From the IMG/VR virus record IMGVR_UViG_3300044612_002649: 64,000 nucleotides of DNA, one strand, 5' to 3'. Shown here in pieces: positions 1 to 10,085 of the stretch. A program made the position numbers and the translations under genes. A model generated the notes under the pieces. That model did not search any database. It saw only the letters and a list, made by a program, of their open reading frames with translations, and had not been told where the DNA came from. Every line of letters begins with the position of its first letter. The stretch's first letter is position 1. The stretch is from an uncultured virus (IMG/VR IMGVR_UViG_3300044612_002649). Lineage: Duplodnaviria > Heunggongvirae > Uroviricota > Caudoviricetes.

Positions 1-138
1 ACCAGCGCCGATCTTATCACCTCTGGCGTTTACTTTCATATTACCAACTGCCAGTGTTAACTCATTACGGTTAATAAGTTTATTTAAATCGATTTCTTTC
101 CCTTGTGCTGTTCTATAAACAGTTCTAATATTTGCCAT
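1..138 (-). CDS. Hypothetical phage protein, N-terminal part (runs off the window)
   Basis: ATG at 138 with AAGGA RBS; open frame MANIRTVYRTAQGKEIDLNKLINRNELTLAVGNMKVNARGDKIG. Confidence 0.7.
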   Translation of the reverse strand, partial: MANIRTVYRTAQGKEIDLNKLINRNELTLAVGNMKVNARGDKIGAG

Positions 139-149
139 AATTATTCCTT

Positions 150-653
150 TTATCTTAAGAATTCTTTCCAGTCTAACTTATATTTAATACTATTGATCCG
201 GTGAACACCAATTAAATATAACACAAAACTAGATACACTAGACCCTCTTCCAACCCCCCAGAATACATTATTATTATTGCATGTATCAACAAAATATTTC
301 AGCCATTGAAGTAAAAGAAGCATGCCATGTTTCTCAAACGCATGTAGTTCTTCCTCAACTCTGTTTTTTTCATCATCGGTTGTACATTTAGTCAAACAAT
401 ATTGTTTGATATCAAAATGATAATATTCTTCAGGCATGAACCAAATCGATTGCTGCTCTTTATCATAATCAGAAAGTTGGCGATTACTATTGATTGGTGG
501 AACGAATGCAAATTCTGATATTTCTTGTAATCGTTCAATATCATCACTCGGATCAACCATTAATGATGAAAGTTTTTCCATATGACCATGATAAATTGCA
601 TCAAAAATGTCACACTCGTTAAAAATTGGGTTACTAAATTTATCTAATCTCAT
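150..653 (-). CDS. DNA polymerase III alpha (DnaE)-like fragment
   Basis: WGVGRGSSVSSFVLYLIG matches the DnaE GRGS motif; only 167 aa. Confidence 0.75.
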   Translation of the reverse strand: MRLDKFSNPIFNECDIFDAIYHGHMEKLSSLMVDPSDDIERLQEISEFAFVPPINSNRQLSDYDKEQQSIWFMPEEYYHFDIKQYCLTKCTTDDEKNRVEEELHAFEKHGMLLLLQWLKYFVDTCNNNNVFWGVGRGSSVSSFVLYLIGVHRINSIKYKLDWKEFLR

Positions 654-662
654 TAAGAGATT

Positions 663-905
663 TTACCCTACATTTATCAGTTTGTCAAGTCCTTTATTTT
701 TATTTTCCATGGTAGTTTGCCACAATTCTTTCTGGCGTTTTGCTTGTTCAGAGGTGTACGATTCGAGTACCATTGAAATTTGTGATCTCATGTTAACATT
801 TGTTGTCATGAAATACTTTTTTGTTAAATCATAGATTCTAGATTCCAATTCGGAATCTTTTAATGTTGTCATGTCATTAATTAACGGATGCATAATATAC
901 CTCAA
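663..905 (-). CDS. Hypothetical protein
   Basis: 80-aa ORF packed between neighbours. Confidence 0.6.
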   Translation of the reverse strand: MRYIMHPLINDMTTLKDSELESRIYDLTKKYFMTTNVNMRSQISMVLESYTSEQAKRQKELWQTTMENKNKGLDKLINVG

Positions 906-2881
906 TGATTGAATACGACATATTGTGGATTAATAAAATCATTAACAATATACCGGTCAACAGTATAATCGAATGATGATAAATTAATACCTGACAATTC
1001 AATGTTTCGTAAAATCTGTGAAGAAGTACCAACTTTACAATAGCATAATGGAACTGCTAGTGTAAACCCAATTCTCGATCTATCTGATGGTTGAATACTT
1101 CTCATCCATAACGGAACAAATTCAATATTAGTTGATAATACAGTTCCACTATCTACATCAGTTACAGTGACTAATCGTTCTCTCCATAATGTCACACTAC
1201 TTGGATAATATGTGCCAATATATTCATTATTAATACTCAATGGCAAATGTTCTCCATTTGGCTCTAATGGATCAAGCATGTTTATATAAACTACTTCATA
1301 TAATTCAGCAAATGTAGTTTGGTCAATAGCCTTCGCTGATGTAATACTACCAAATTGGAATCTTTTTTTGGCATTGTTAAGATTAGCAGCATTAACAAAC
1401 GTTTCTATCGACGATGTATCGATACCAGGAAATATTAACATTTCTAATTGTTTCTGTATTCCAAAATTAGTGTCATATGGTCTATACATCATTGAAAGTG
1501 GAAATATTTCTTGGTTTGTAATGAACGAACCCCATCTTTCTCGTTGTTCTATTTCCAAATAAGGTTTTACAATGATATTGCTATACATTTTTTCAGATTG
1601 GATAACAGTTATCGTAAATATTTTTTCAAAAACCCCATAATGAGTAATAGAATCAGAAAAAATTCCACTATATTGATTAGAAACTCTAACCGTAAACGTG
1701 TAATAATCAATAAAGTCATCAGAAGCTGAACTAAAATGTACACCTGTAATAATACCATCTGTTCCCATTGTAACGCCATTAGGTAATATCCCATCTATAA
1801 TTTCATATATAAGATTTGAATTTGATAACGAACTAACCGCAATAATGGAAAGATTAACCGGAATTCCTTCAGTAATAGTGCCAGCATTAGTCGGCGTTAA
1901 CCATTCCAAAGTATCATCAAACTTTCCAATTATATCTATTGAAAATGTTCTTTTATTAGTAATAGATTCACCTGAAACATTGTTAGTTCTAATAGCAGCA
2001 ATTTCAAAGTCATAAGCAGTATTATAGGTTGTTTGTGATGGTATATACCCAGATAAAATTCCATCGGTGAGTGTTGTACCAGGTGGAATAGGTTGATTTA
2101 TATCCAATGAGTATAAGATAGAATCACTTTCATATGTTTCGAATTCCACAGTTAAATAATTATCGTAACGATATGGTCCTAAATATGGATTGGTTATCCA
2201 TTGTACAGGTCTAATATTAGTAACATCTGCAGTAAAAATACTGGTCCCAGTATGCATTAATGTATTGTCAGCAGTTAAATAATATGGTCCAACAACAATA
2301 AATATAAAACTTTGTGTTATTGAATATGCTTGGTTGCTTGCCCGAATTATGAATTGTGATTCTTGATATTCATGATCCAGCTCGTCCGTTGATAGTTTTG
2401 AAAGAAATCCAGAAATAATTCCGTCAGTTGAAAGCGATAGGCCACCTGGCAATGAACCAGATTCCAACCTGAAAGTTACGATATCATTTGGAATGTCCGA
2501 TTCAACCAGTATTTGAAAATTAACATTAGTATTATCAATAGCAAAAAGTTGCTGATTTATTCCACAATGCAATCTACCAGACGGTGTAACGAATGATAAT
2601 GGATTTTTGCTAGTAATGGTAAGATAGAAAGTTCTATCTGCCGTTTGACTATCGTGAGAAGCTCTTATACAAAATTTATAAATACTGTCGGTTTTGACAA
2701 TATTAGCAATCCCAGTAATTTGATTCCCATTAATATACAATCCTTCTGGAAGTGCACCCGCAATTATCCCATACGTAACTCCGGTATCATTAGTCACTGG
2801 AAGATCTATGACTAATGTAATTTGATCATTAAATGATCCAATATCGTATCCAGAAGGCTTCGTCCATATATCAAGAGTCAT
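902..2881 (-). CDS. Virion structural/baseplate protein with repeated putative Ig domains
   Basis: Repeated GxLPxGLxLxxxGxIxG motifs; TAATG overlap with upstream gene. Confidence 0.7.
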   Translation of the reverse strand: MTLDIWTKPSGYDIGSFNDQITLVIDLPVTNDTGVTYGIIAGALPEGLYINGNQITGIANIVKTDSIYKFCIRASHDSQTADRTFYLTITSKNPLSFVTPSGRLHCGINQQLFAIDNTNVNFQILVESDIPNDIVTFRLESGSLPGGLSLSTDGIISGFLSKLSTDELDHEYQESQFIIRASNQAYSITQSFIFIVVGPYYLTADNTLMHTGTSIFTADVTNIRPVQWITNPYLGPYRYDNYLTVEFETYESDSILYSLDINQPIPPGTTLTDGILSGYIPSQTTYNTAYDFEIAAIRTNNVSGESITNKRTFSIDIIGKFDDTLEWLTPTNAGTITEGIPVNLSIIAVSSLSNSNLIYEIIDGILPNGVTMGTDGIITGVHFSSASDDFIDYYTFTVRVSNQYSGIFSDSITHYGVFEKIFTITVIQSEKMYSNIIVKPYLEIEQRERWGSFITNQEIFPLSMMYRPYDTNFGIQKQLEMLIFPGIDTSSIETFVNAANLNNAKKRFQFGSITSAKAIDQTTFAELYEVVYINMLDPLEPNGEHLPLSINNEYIGTYYPSSVTLWRERLVTVTDVDSGTVLSTNIEFVPLWMRSIQPSDRSRIGFTLAVPLCYCKVGTSSQILRNIELSGINLSSFDYTVDRYIVNDFINPQYVVFNH

Positions 2882-4200
2882 TACGCTCTCCAAACTGATA
2901 TTTCAATAATACCAGCCTCACCATATTCTTTATCTTCTAACGATTTTCCAACAATAGCACCTATTTTTGGATCTAATGCTTTAATCGCATGTCCAGATGA
3001 ATTAGATGTAGTCAATAAATCACCTTTTTTTGTTTTACCAATTACCTTACATGGTACACGTCCTGCTAGTGCTATGCAAATCTTAACACCTGATTGGTTA
3101 ATATTCATCACATATGCAGGATCTGTTGTAACAACTCCCGCTACTTTTGTATCATTCACTACCGATGAACTAGTGACTTCTTTAGATCCGCCAAATACAA
3201 GAACAGTACCAGGTTGGTAGACTACGTCCGATTCATAATATTCAGCCAAGTCAGCGTAGGTTGATTGAAGTGTACTACCAGCGGACAATTGCCAATCGCC
3301 ATGAAATAATCCCGGCCCGGTTGCACCATTACCATTGTATATATTTTTTACAGTAATATCATCAGTTGTTACACTATCTGCTAATGATAATTTTGAAACA
3401 TATAATTCATCAACATAATGTTGAGTCACAGCCTGGCGTGAGCCGATTTCCCCTTCCAATGGATGCGGATGATCGGATAGTGTCAATACCCCGGTCATGG
3501 TGTCACCACCTCGATAAACAACATCTTTTCGTTGCATTACTTCTGTAGCAAGATAATTACTTGTTAATGTAGAATCATAATCTGGATCATCAGTTTGCTC
3601 AATACTTGGTTGATCTCTTGTTTTTAATGCAGTCGATACAATATATGTAGCAATATCATTATGTGTAATAATTGGTTCACCATTAGATTGTCTAGGAACA
3701 CCAGCTACGTAGTTATGCAATCCGTGATGGACAGTTACTGGTAATTCCAAAATTGATGTTGTGTAATCTGGGTTTAAGACCGCCCATGTATCATTAAATG
3801 CATTTACGGCATCTACACTCGGGTTACGAAGACGACCTATTGTGAAATAATTAGCATTCAATGGACCAAACAGTTCAGGCGATGTATCTGCTTCAACTGA
3901 TGCTACAGTAATATCTAATTCAGCATTATTTGATGCATCAATTTGTATGCTAGAGTCACTTGATTTAATAGTTCTAGCAGTTAAGGCTGATCCCGTAGTA
4001 TTGGCAATTATTACTTGATTTGCAGCATATGATGATGGGGCATCTCCAAGAGCAGTGAATCTAATAGCACCAGATGCACCAAAAACCCCATATAACACAT
4101 CAAAATTGGCATTTACTTTTTCAAATGCAACTCTAATGCTATCACCAGTTCCATCATTACCTGGTCCGGTAGCACCAGTATTAATATGTTGTTGTTCCAT
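2881..4200 (-). CDS. Baseplate/tail fibre protein (gp9/gp10-like N-terminus, chaperone-like C-terminus)
   Basis: N-terminal GNDGTGDSIRVAFEKVNANF; C-terminal YADLAEYY...IALAGRVPCKV; GATAAATA late-type motif upstream. Confidence 0.75.
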   Translation of the reverse strand: MEQQHINTGATGPGNDGTGDSIRVAFEKVNANFDVLYGVFGASGAIRFTALGDAPSSYAANQVIIANTTGSALTARTIKSSDSSIQIDASNNAELDITVASVEADTSPELFGPLNANYFTIGRLRNPSVDAVNAFNDTWAVLNPDYTTSILELPVTVHHGLHNYVAGVPRQSNGEPIITHNDIATYIVSTALKTRDQPSIEQTDDPDYDSTLTSNYLATEVMQRKDVVYRGGDTMTGVLTLSDHPHPLEGEIGSRQAVTQHYVDELYVSKLSLADSVTTDDITVKNIYNGNGATGPGLFHGDWQLSAGSTLQSTYADLAEYYESDVVYQPGTVLVFGGSKEVTSSSVVNDTKVAGVVTTDPAYVMNINQSGVKICIALAGRVPCKVIGKTKKGDLLTTSNSSGHAIKALDPKIGAIVGKSLEDKEYGEAGIIEISVWRA

Positions 4201-4296
4201 GTTAAACGTTTCCTTAAATTTGATTATTGTTGTATTTATCAACAATTTTTTAATCTATTGTAATTCTGAATATAAATAATTAACAAAGGAGATTTT

Positions 4297-4665
4297 ATGT
4301 TTGATTTTATAAAAAAATTATTTGGGTTCAAGCCAACACAAATCGAAGAAACAGTCGAGATAGTTAAAACTGCATCAAAACGTGTAAAAAAGTTAGCTGA
4401 TGTAAATAAAGATGGTGTTGTTAATGTTGATGATGTTAAAGAAGCTAAAAAAAGACTTACAAAAAAACTTAAAGAAATTAAAAAACTTAAAGAAGTTGCA
4501 GATGTGAATAATGATGGTGTTGTTAATGTTGATGATGTTAAAGAAGCAGTAAAAGCTGTATCTAAAAAAATTAAAAAACCAGTCGCACCAAAATCAGTTG
4601 TCAAGCCAGAAATTGTAGAACCACCTCTACCTAAAAAACGTGGTAGAAAACCGAAAGCAAAATAA
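4297..4665 (+). CDS. Lys-rich protein with two EF-hand/dockerin-like loops
   Basis: DVNKDGVVNVDD and DVNNDGVVNVDD; KKRGRKPK tail; TATAAATA and AGGAG upstream. Confidence 0.7.
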   Translation: MFDFIKKLFGFKPTQIEETVEIVKTASKRVKKLADVNKDGVVNVDDVKEAKKRLTKKLKEIKKLKEVADVNNDGVVNVDDVKEAVKAVSKKIKKPVAPKSVVKPEIVEPPLPKKRGRKPKAK

Positions 4666-4668
4666 ATC

Positions 4669-4692
4669 AAAGGGGCTATACGCCCCTTTTTT
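4669..4692. terminator. Intrinsic terminator between convergent genes
   Basis: AAGGGGC-TATAC-GCCCCTT followed by T run. Confidence 0.75.
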
Positions 4693-4942
4693 ATATCGTG
4701 CCTTTTATTTTACCAAAAATAAATTCTTGTTTTGTAATCCAACGTGTACCAATTACTAGGTGTTTATTCATACCCATATCTGCAGGCAAGTAATACGTAC
4801 TTATACCTCGATATGCATATGTAAGCCACATTATTTTTTTCGATAAATCGCATCTGGTTGGAAACCAAACAAATTTAAGTTTCCATTTAGCATTATTATA
4901 AAACCACTGATTGGTCCAGATATTTTCTTGTTCTATAATCAT
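4691..4942 (-). CDS. Hypothetical protein
   Basis: 83-aa ORF. Confidence 0.5.
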   Translation of the reverse strand: MIIEQENIWTNQWFYNNAKWKLKFVWFPTRCDLSKKIMWLTYAYRGISTYYLPADMGMNKHLVIGTRWITKQEFIFGKIKGTI

Positions 4943-5930
4943 ATAATTTAAAACTCGCTAAATTTTTGGCTTTTGATTCACAAAGTATATCAAATTTATC
5001 TGAGAATGTCAATGCCCAGTTATTAACAGCATCGTTCCAGTAGAAATCAGAATGTGCGCGAAGTTTTTGTTTAGAATGTCCAGCTTCTAAAAGTAAGTTA
5101 AGATCTGGTTTAGTGCTGGCGCAATGATTGACCAAAACATCTTCCCTACTAATAGAATAATGTAAAGTAGGGCGAACACCTCGCCAACTTTGAATAACCA
5201 TTTCAACCCGTGGGTCATCGGGGTTGATGTATTCTCCAGTTTTGATAAAATGATGGTGAATATCGAGAACGACAGGAATCCTGTCAGCAATAGTAAGACA
5301 AGCATCAAGTCCATGGGTCATTTCCTCATTTTCAATTGTTATACAGTTTTTAGCAACATCACTTAATTTTTCATATGCTTCAAGCATTCCTGCAGGACCA
5401 CGTTTACCAGCAATGTGTACATTAATTTTCATATCTTGGAAGGTTTTACCATATCCCATCCAACGTGCCATATCAGCGTGGTATTCAAATTCTGCAATAC
5501 TATTTTCTACCACATCTGGTCGATCGCTTGCTAAACAACAAAATTGTCCAGGATGAAAAGATAATCGCACATCGTGGTGTCTTGCTAAATCACCAATTGC
5601 CGCAAATTTTTGCTGTAATAGTTGTTGAATAGATTCTGATTGATAAAAATATGTCCAGTCCGTATGAGTATAGACTGGTAAAATATCAGACGTTAATCTG
5701 AAAAGTCTCAATGATGGATTTTGTTTAGAAACATATTCTACTGCTTTACAAGTTGCTTCTAAATTATGCCGTAATAATAACATCAATTTAGTTTCAGCAG
5801 TTTTTTTAGTTTGTTTATTCAACCATGCAATAGTTGTTGTTTTTGTATTATATTTTGGGATAGAAACAATTTCATTTTTATCATTAACAGCAGAAATTTT
5901 ACAGGCAAATCCAATCTTATTAAAATTCAT
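4896..5930 (-). CDS. uvsE: UV damage endonuclease (UVDE)
   Basis: IGFACK, FRLTSD, RLSFHPGQF, IENEE, LDIHHH, RAHSD motifs. Confidence 0.9.
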   Translation of the reverse strand: MNFNKIGFACKISAVNDKNEIVSIPKYNTKTTTIAWLNKQTKKTAETKLMLLLRHNLEATCKAVEYVSKQNPSLRLFRLTSDILPVYTHTDWTYFYQSESIQQLLQQKFAAIGDLARHHDVRLSFHPGQFCCLASDRPDVVENSIAEFEYHADMARWMGYGKTFQDMKINVHIAGKRGPAGMLEAYEKLSDVAKNCITIENEEMTHGLDACLTIADRIPVVLDIHHHFIKTGEYINPDDPRVEMVIQSWRGVRPTLHYSISREDVLVNHCASTKPDLNLLLEAGHSKQKLRAHSDFYWNDAVNNWALTFSDKFDILCESKAKNLASFKLYDYRTRKYLDQSVVL

Positions 5931-5974
5931 AATTTTTATAAATAGGTAATAACTCAGTTAAAAGGAAAATAATT

Positions 5975-6742
5975 ATGTTTGTGGAAAATAAATATCATAA
6001 ATGGTATTTTAATATTATAGATAAAGCTAAAACTAGAAACACCAATGGATATACAGAATTGCATCACATTATACCGAAATCAATGGGCGGTGTCAATGAT
6101 AAATCCAATTTAGTTAAATTAACAGCTAGAGAACATTTTATTTGTCATTTATTATTAGTCAAATTCGTTACAGGTACATTTAAAAGAAATATGGCGTTTG
6201 CGCTCAATGCGATGTCAACTTTATCAAATAAACATCAAGATAGGTATATCCCTACATCCAAACTTTATGCAATTTCCCGTAAATTATACTCTGAAGAACA
6301 ATCAAAATTCATGGCTGAAAGTGGGAATCCTATGTATGGAAAAACACATACAGAAGACGCTAGATTAAAGATGTCTAAATTTCATAAAGGAAGAATTCCT
6401 GCAAATAAAGGAAAACATCATACAGAAGACACTAAAATAAAAATTTCTAAAGCAACATCTGGTTCTAATAATCCGATGTATGGAAGAACTCACACAGAAG
6501 AAACAAAATTAAAACAATCAAAAGCTAAATTAGACAAACGAAATGTTAAATTACAAGGAAAACCTAAATCTGAATCGCACAGAAAAAAATTATCCGAAGC
6601 TAATGCAGGGAAATTATTTACTGAAGAACGAAAATTAAAATTAAAACAAATACCAAAAATTAGTTGCGTATATTGTGGGAAATTATCTAGCCCAGCTATG
6701 CATAAGAGATGGCACGGCGAACAATGTAAACATAAAATATAA
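5975..6742 (+). CDS. HNH homing endonuclease with NUMOD3 repeats
   Basis: HHIIPKSMGG...NLVKLTAREHFICH; NPMYGKTH repeats. Confidence 0.9.
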   Translation: MFVENKYHKWYFNIIDKAKTRNTNGYTELHHIIPKSMGGVNDKSNLVKLTAREHFICHLLLVKFVTGTFKRNMAFALNAMSTLSNKHQDRYIPTSKLYAISRKLYSEEQSKFMAESGNPMYGKTHTEDARLKMSKFHKGRIPANKGKHHTEDTKIKISKATSGSNNPMYGRTHTEETKLKQSKAKLDKRNVKLQGKPKSESHRKKLSEANAGKLFTEERKLKLKQIPKISCVYCGKLSSPAMHKRWHGEQCKHKI

Positions 6743-6759
6743 AATGCTAGATATAGAAA

Positions 6760-6958
6760 CCGGTCTATAGACCGGTTTAATATTTTGTTTGATTAAAGAC
6801 CAAAGCTTTGATTCAGCAGTTGATTTCGTTTGACGATTGAGCCATGCTACTGTAGTAGTACCAGTGTTATATTTTTTACAATCATCAGTTGCTTTAATAC
6901 CATTGACTTGGGCCGGTGTGTCAATCCATTTACAACAAAACCCGATTCTGTGTGTCAT
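6760..6958 (-). pseudogene. Orphaned N-terminal fragment of uvsE
   Basis: MTHRIGFCCK...KYNTGTTTVAWLNRQTKSTAESKL parallels the N-terminus of 4896-5930. Confidence 0.8.
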
Positions 6959-7006
6959 TTGAGCTCTCCGCAGTAAAATTATATTCAAAGACATAGAATA
7001 TGCTAA

Positions 7007-7369
7007 TTATTTTGTATTGTCAACGGTAAGTTCTTTCACAAGGATATTTAAATCTTTAATTTCGCGTAATAAATCATCTATCAGTTCATATTCAGTACGT
7101 CGATGATCCAATAACTGATTGATAAACTTCAATGTCCACAACCACCAGCTAATACATGTAATTGCGAGCAATGATACAATAGCCCACCAGATTGGAATAT
7201 TGTGAAGACTGGTAAACCAGTCCCATTTAAGGATTATCCATATTACAGATGCAAACATCAATAAACTCACAATTAGCCACCATTGGCGTCGTTTGTTTAT
7301 AGCATTCATCAAAGTATCATGTTGGTTGATTAACATAGAAAATCGTATCATATAGTATTTAGGATACAT
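7007..7369 (-). CDS. Membrane protein
   Basis: Two Trp-rich hydrophobic segments. Confidence 0.6.
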   Translation of the reverse strand: MYPKYYMIRFSMLINQHDTLMNAINKRRQWWLIVSLLMFASVIWIILKWDWFTSLHNIPIWWAIVSLLAITCISWWLWTLKFINQLLDHRRTEYELIDDLLREIKDLNILVKELTVDNTK

Positions 7370-7381
7370 GATACGAATATT

Positions 7382-8572
7382 TTATCCCATCTTTAATAGA
7401 ATGGTTTCTTCATTTATTCGGCCATTTAGTTTTGTATCAGTTGAATTAATATCATCAAGAAATTTTCTGAGTGCAATCTTTCCAGCTGCTTTAAACTCTT
7501 TAAGTTTTTCATCTGGTTTGCGAATTGTTTTTTGAATGCTTTTATGTTCGTCAAACCCTATAATGGTTGTACCTTTTACACTTAATGGCCCAGTTAACTC
7601 ATCTGCAATGTATTTTCCAAGTTTACGTAGCTTTGTATTATAAACCCACAATTCTTTTGACCCTATTATATCAGTCGGATTAATTGATACTAATTTCAAT
7701 GGCTCGAATGTTTTCAAATATTTGAGTTTTTCTACTACTTTATCTTTTGGAACTGCTTTTTTAGCTTTAGGTTTTCGAGTTACTTTTGCTTCTTCCATGA
7801 TCATCGTACAGGCCGAATCAATTTCTTTATAGAATACTAATAGATTATTAATTTGCTTTTTAGATCGATGTTTATACCCTTCTTTTAAATCATCATCGGT
7901 TCCTTCCATTACCGCTGTCAATTCAACCAATCCAGATGAATAATAATCCTTAATTACTCGCGCATGTGCTGCTTTAACCTCTTTTCCCTTTAATAAATTA
8001 AGAATTTTGAACTGTTTGGGATCGAACTTATCGGGTTTTTCCATCCAAACTTCAATAGCATCCTCAATTTCTTCAGTCATTTTAAAGGTAGCCTCTCTAA
8101 CACGCTCTTGGATACTGATAACAGGAGCACTCGGTTTTGATTCCGTCTCTTCCTCAACATCTATGTCGTTTTTACTATCATTTAACACAACATTAATTGC
8201 ATTAACTAGCCAATCTTTAGTGTTAGCACCATTATTAAAATCATCACGTTGTTCTGGCATTCCTCTTGAAAGACAACTTGCTACTGCACCCATTGTTGTA
8301 CTAACTCGCCAATCTTTAGATTTTTTAAATTCAGTGATTACATCTTTTTCATACCCATTCTCGCCCATCCATGTCAATACTGCTGGTTTAAGATCTTTGC
8401 CACTGAATTGAAGATTATAATATTGCATAGCAGTATGGTAATGCTTTAGATATTCGGTGGCCGACAATGACTCAGTATCATCCCACCGAGGACTCCAATC
8501 TTTATTACGATTTTCGCGGATGGTAACACTAGTGATTTTAGCTTTTTTAGGTTTTTTAGTTACTTTTGCCAT
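7382..8572 (-). CDS. Hypothetical phage protein
   Basis: 396-aa ORF with AAGGA RBS. Confidence 0.75.
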   Translation of the reverse strand: MAKVTKKPKKAKITSVTIRENRNKDWSPRWDDTESLSATEYLKHYHTAMQYYNLQFSGKDLKPAVLTWMGENGYEKDVITEFKKSKDWRVSTTMGAVASCLSRGMPEQRDDFNNGANTKDWLVNAINVVLNDSKNDIDVEEETESKPSAPVISIQERVREATFKMTEEIEDAIEVWMEKPDKFDPKQFKILNLLKGKEVKAAHARVIKDYYSSGLVELTAVMEGTDDDLKEGYKHRSKKQINNLLVFYKEIDSACTMIMEEAKVTRKPKAKKAVPKDKVVEKLKYLKTFEPLKLVSINPTDIIGSKELWVYNTKLRKLGKYIADELTGPLSVKGTTIIGFDEHKSIQKTIRKPDEKLKEFKAAGKIALRKFLDDINSTDTKLNGRINEETILLKMG

Positions 8573-8582
8573 AAAATTCCTT

Positions 8583-8768
8583 TTATTTGGTCGGTTGAGT
8601 AATTATTTGACTTGGTTTTTCTGGTCTGGAATTACAAAAAACACAATCTGAGTCTTTACATTTTGGTTCCAACCATTTATTACATAATTCGCAGTAGTAA
8701 GCGTCATACTTATTACTGTATTGACGCTCACTACCACATTTACAAAAATTGTTAGATATTATGTCCAC
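8583..8768 (-). CDS. Small Cys-rich zinc-binding protein
   Basis: Several CxC/CxxC pairs. Confidence 0.55.
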   Translation of the reverse strand: MDIISNNFCKCGSERQYSNKYDAYYCELCNKWLEPKCKDSDCVFCNSRPEKPSQIITQPTK

Positions 8769-9607
8769 AGTGATTTTCTTACTTTAATCAATCTGATGAG
8801 CATATCATCTTCTTCTTGCTCATACTGTGCTTCGATCTCAGCTAAACGATTGTGTGAATTTGAACGTACAGCACGTTCATCTGGTGTTTCACTTTCGGTA
8901 TCAAACAAGTCCATTATATCTGATCCATCAGTACGTTTTTTTGCACAAACAGCAGACCAACCACTAATGTCATATGGATCTGGGCGATTTGGGTATACTT
9001 CTTTCCACCAAGTATATAGTTCTTTAATTTCAACTGCAATTAATGCTTGATGAGTTAATTTTCCATATTCTGGGTCAGTAGGTTTATAACCCCATGATTC
9101 ATCATTAACCAATGAAGCCGCCCAATCTAAATGTGCAACCCCAGCTTCTGCACATCGCCAAGTTCTCCATTTGAAAAAATTAGTCCTCCACCATGGTACA
9201 CAATATTTTTTTCTTTCCTCTTCATCCCACATGACATGATGCCATGCAGTTTCTACCTCAACAAAATCAACTAACTCATTAAATAAACATGGTAGAAAAC
9301 GATATCCAACATCTTGCCAATTACCTGGCTTAATATCGTTTGGATGTGCAGTTAATGAATGACTTTTCGTAACCCACCGATTATTAATGTAATATCTGAT
9401 AGAGTGAAACCTATTGTATGGCCAATATACAAAATCTTGGAGATATCTCAATCCTTCTTCTGCCAACCAATATCGAACTGGGTGTTTTAATTGTGCTTCT
9501 TTTCGCCATTCTCGCCATTGTCGTGCAGTACCTGCTTCTGGTTTTGGCGTACCAGAAAGCCATTTCGCAAACGTAGAGCAAGACCAGTAATTTGCATATT
9601 GTGCCAT
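8759..9607 (-). CDS. Hypothetical Trp-rich protein
   Basis: 282-aa ORF with GAGGA RBS. Confidence 0.7.
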   Translation of the reverse strand: MAQYANYWSCSTFAKWLSGTPKPEAGTARQWREWRKEAQLKHPVRYWLAEEGLRYLQDFVYWPYNRFHSIRYYINNRWVTKSHSLTAHPNDIKPGNWQDVGYRFLPCLFNELVDFVEVETAWHHVMWDEEERKKYCVPWWRTNFFKWRTWRCAEAGVAHLDWAASLVNDESWGYKPTDPEYGKLTHQALIAVEIKELYTWWKEVYPNRPDPYDISGWSAVCAKKRTDGSDIMDLFDTESETPDERAVRSNSHNRLAEIEAQYEQEEDDMLIRLIKVRKSLWT

Positions 9608-9620
9608 ATTTTTCCTCTTA

Positions 9621-9992
9621 TTATTTTACTAAAAATGGTTCTAAATTTGGTGGTGAAAAACTGGCAGGTTTTAAAACTTTTCCATCTTCACGTTTTTTAA
9701 CCCTACCGGTCTCTGGATCGATTTTGCTCATATTAGAACGAATTACTTCATTCCATCCGCCTTCTCCATCGAATCCAGCTGAATGAATTGCGCCAGCAAT
9801 AACAACAATCATATCCAACAATGCATCTAACTGTTCAGTTTTATCATTGTCATCGATTGCAACTTGTAATTCATTAAATTCTTCTCTAATGAGGTTCAAG
9901 TATAGATTATACTGTGCTTCATTGAATTTGTCAACTGTTTGATCACTCGCTTGCATAAACTTACGTTGATCTTCAAATATTGAATTGTTCAT
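9621..9992 (-). CDS. MazG-like nucleoside triphosphate pyrophosphohydrolase
   Basis: LIREEFNEL...DALLD...SNMSK...REDGKVLKP. Confidence 0.85.
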   Translation of the reverse strand: MNNSIFEDQRKFMQASDQTVDKFNEAQYNLYLNLIREEFNELQVAIDDNDKTEQLDALLDMIVVIAGAIHSAGFDGEGGWNEVIRSNMSKIDPETGRVKKREDGKVLKPASFSPPNLEPFLVK

Positions 9993-10014
9993 TTGTATTC
10001 CTTTTGTTTAAGTA

Positions 10015-10085
10015 GATAAATAAGTGTGGTTCACGGAACTACCAATTCCCAACCACTTTAATGCTTTGAAGGAGCATCAACAATG
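10015..10085 (+). promoter_or_regulatory. Conserved homing-endonuclease leader (late-type promoter plus two hairpins), copy 1
   Basis: GATAAATA; GTGGTT..GGAA/TTCC..AACCAC; ATGCT...AGGAGCAT. Confidence 0.65.
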
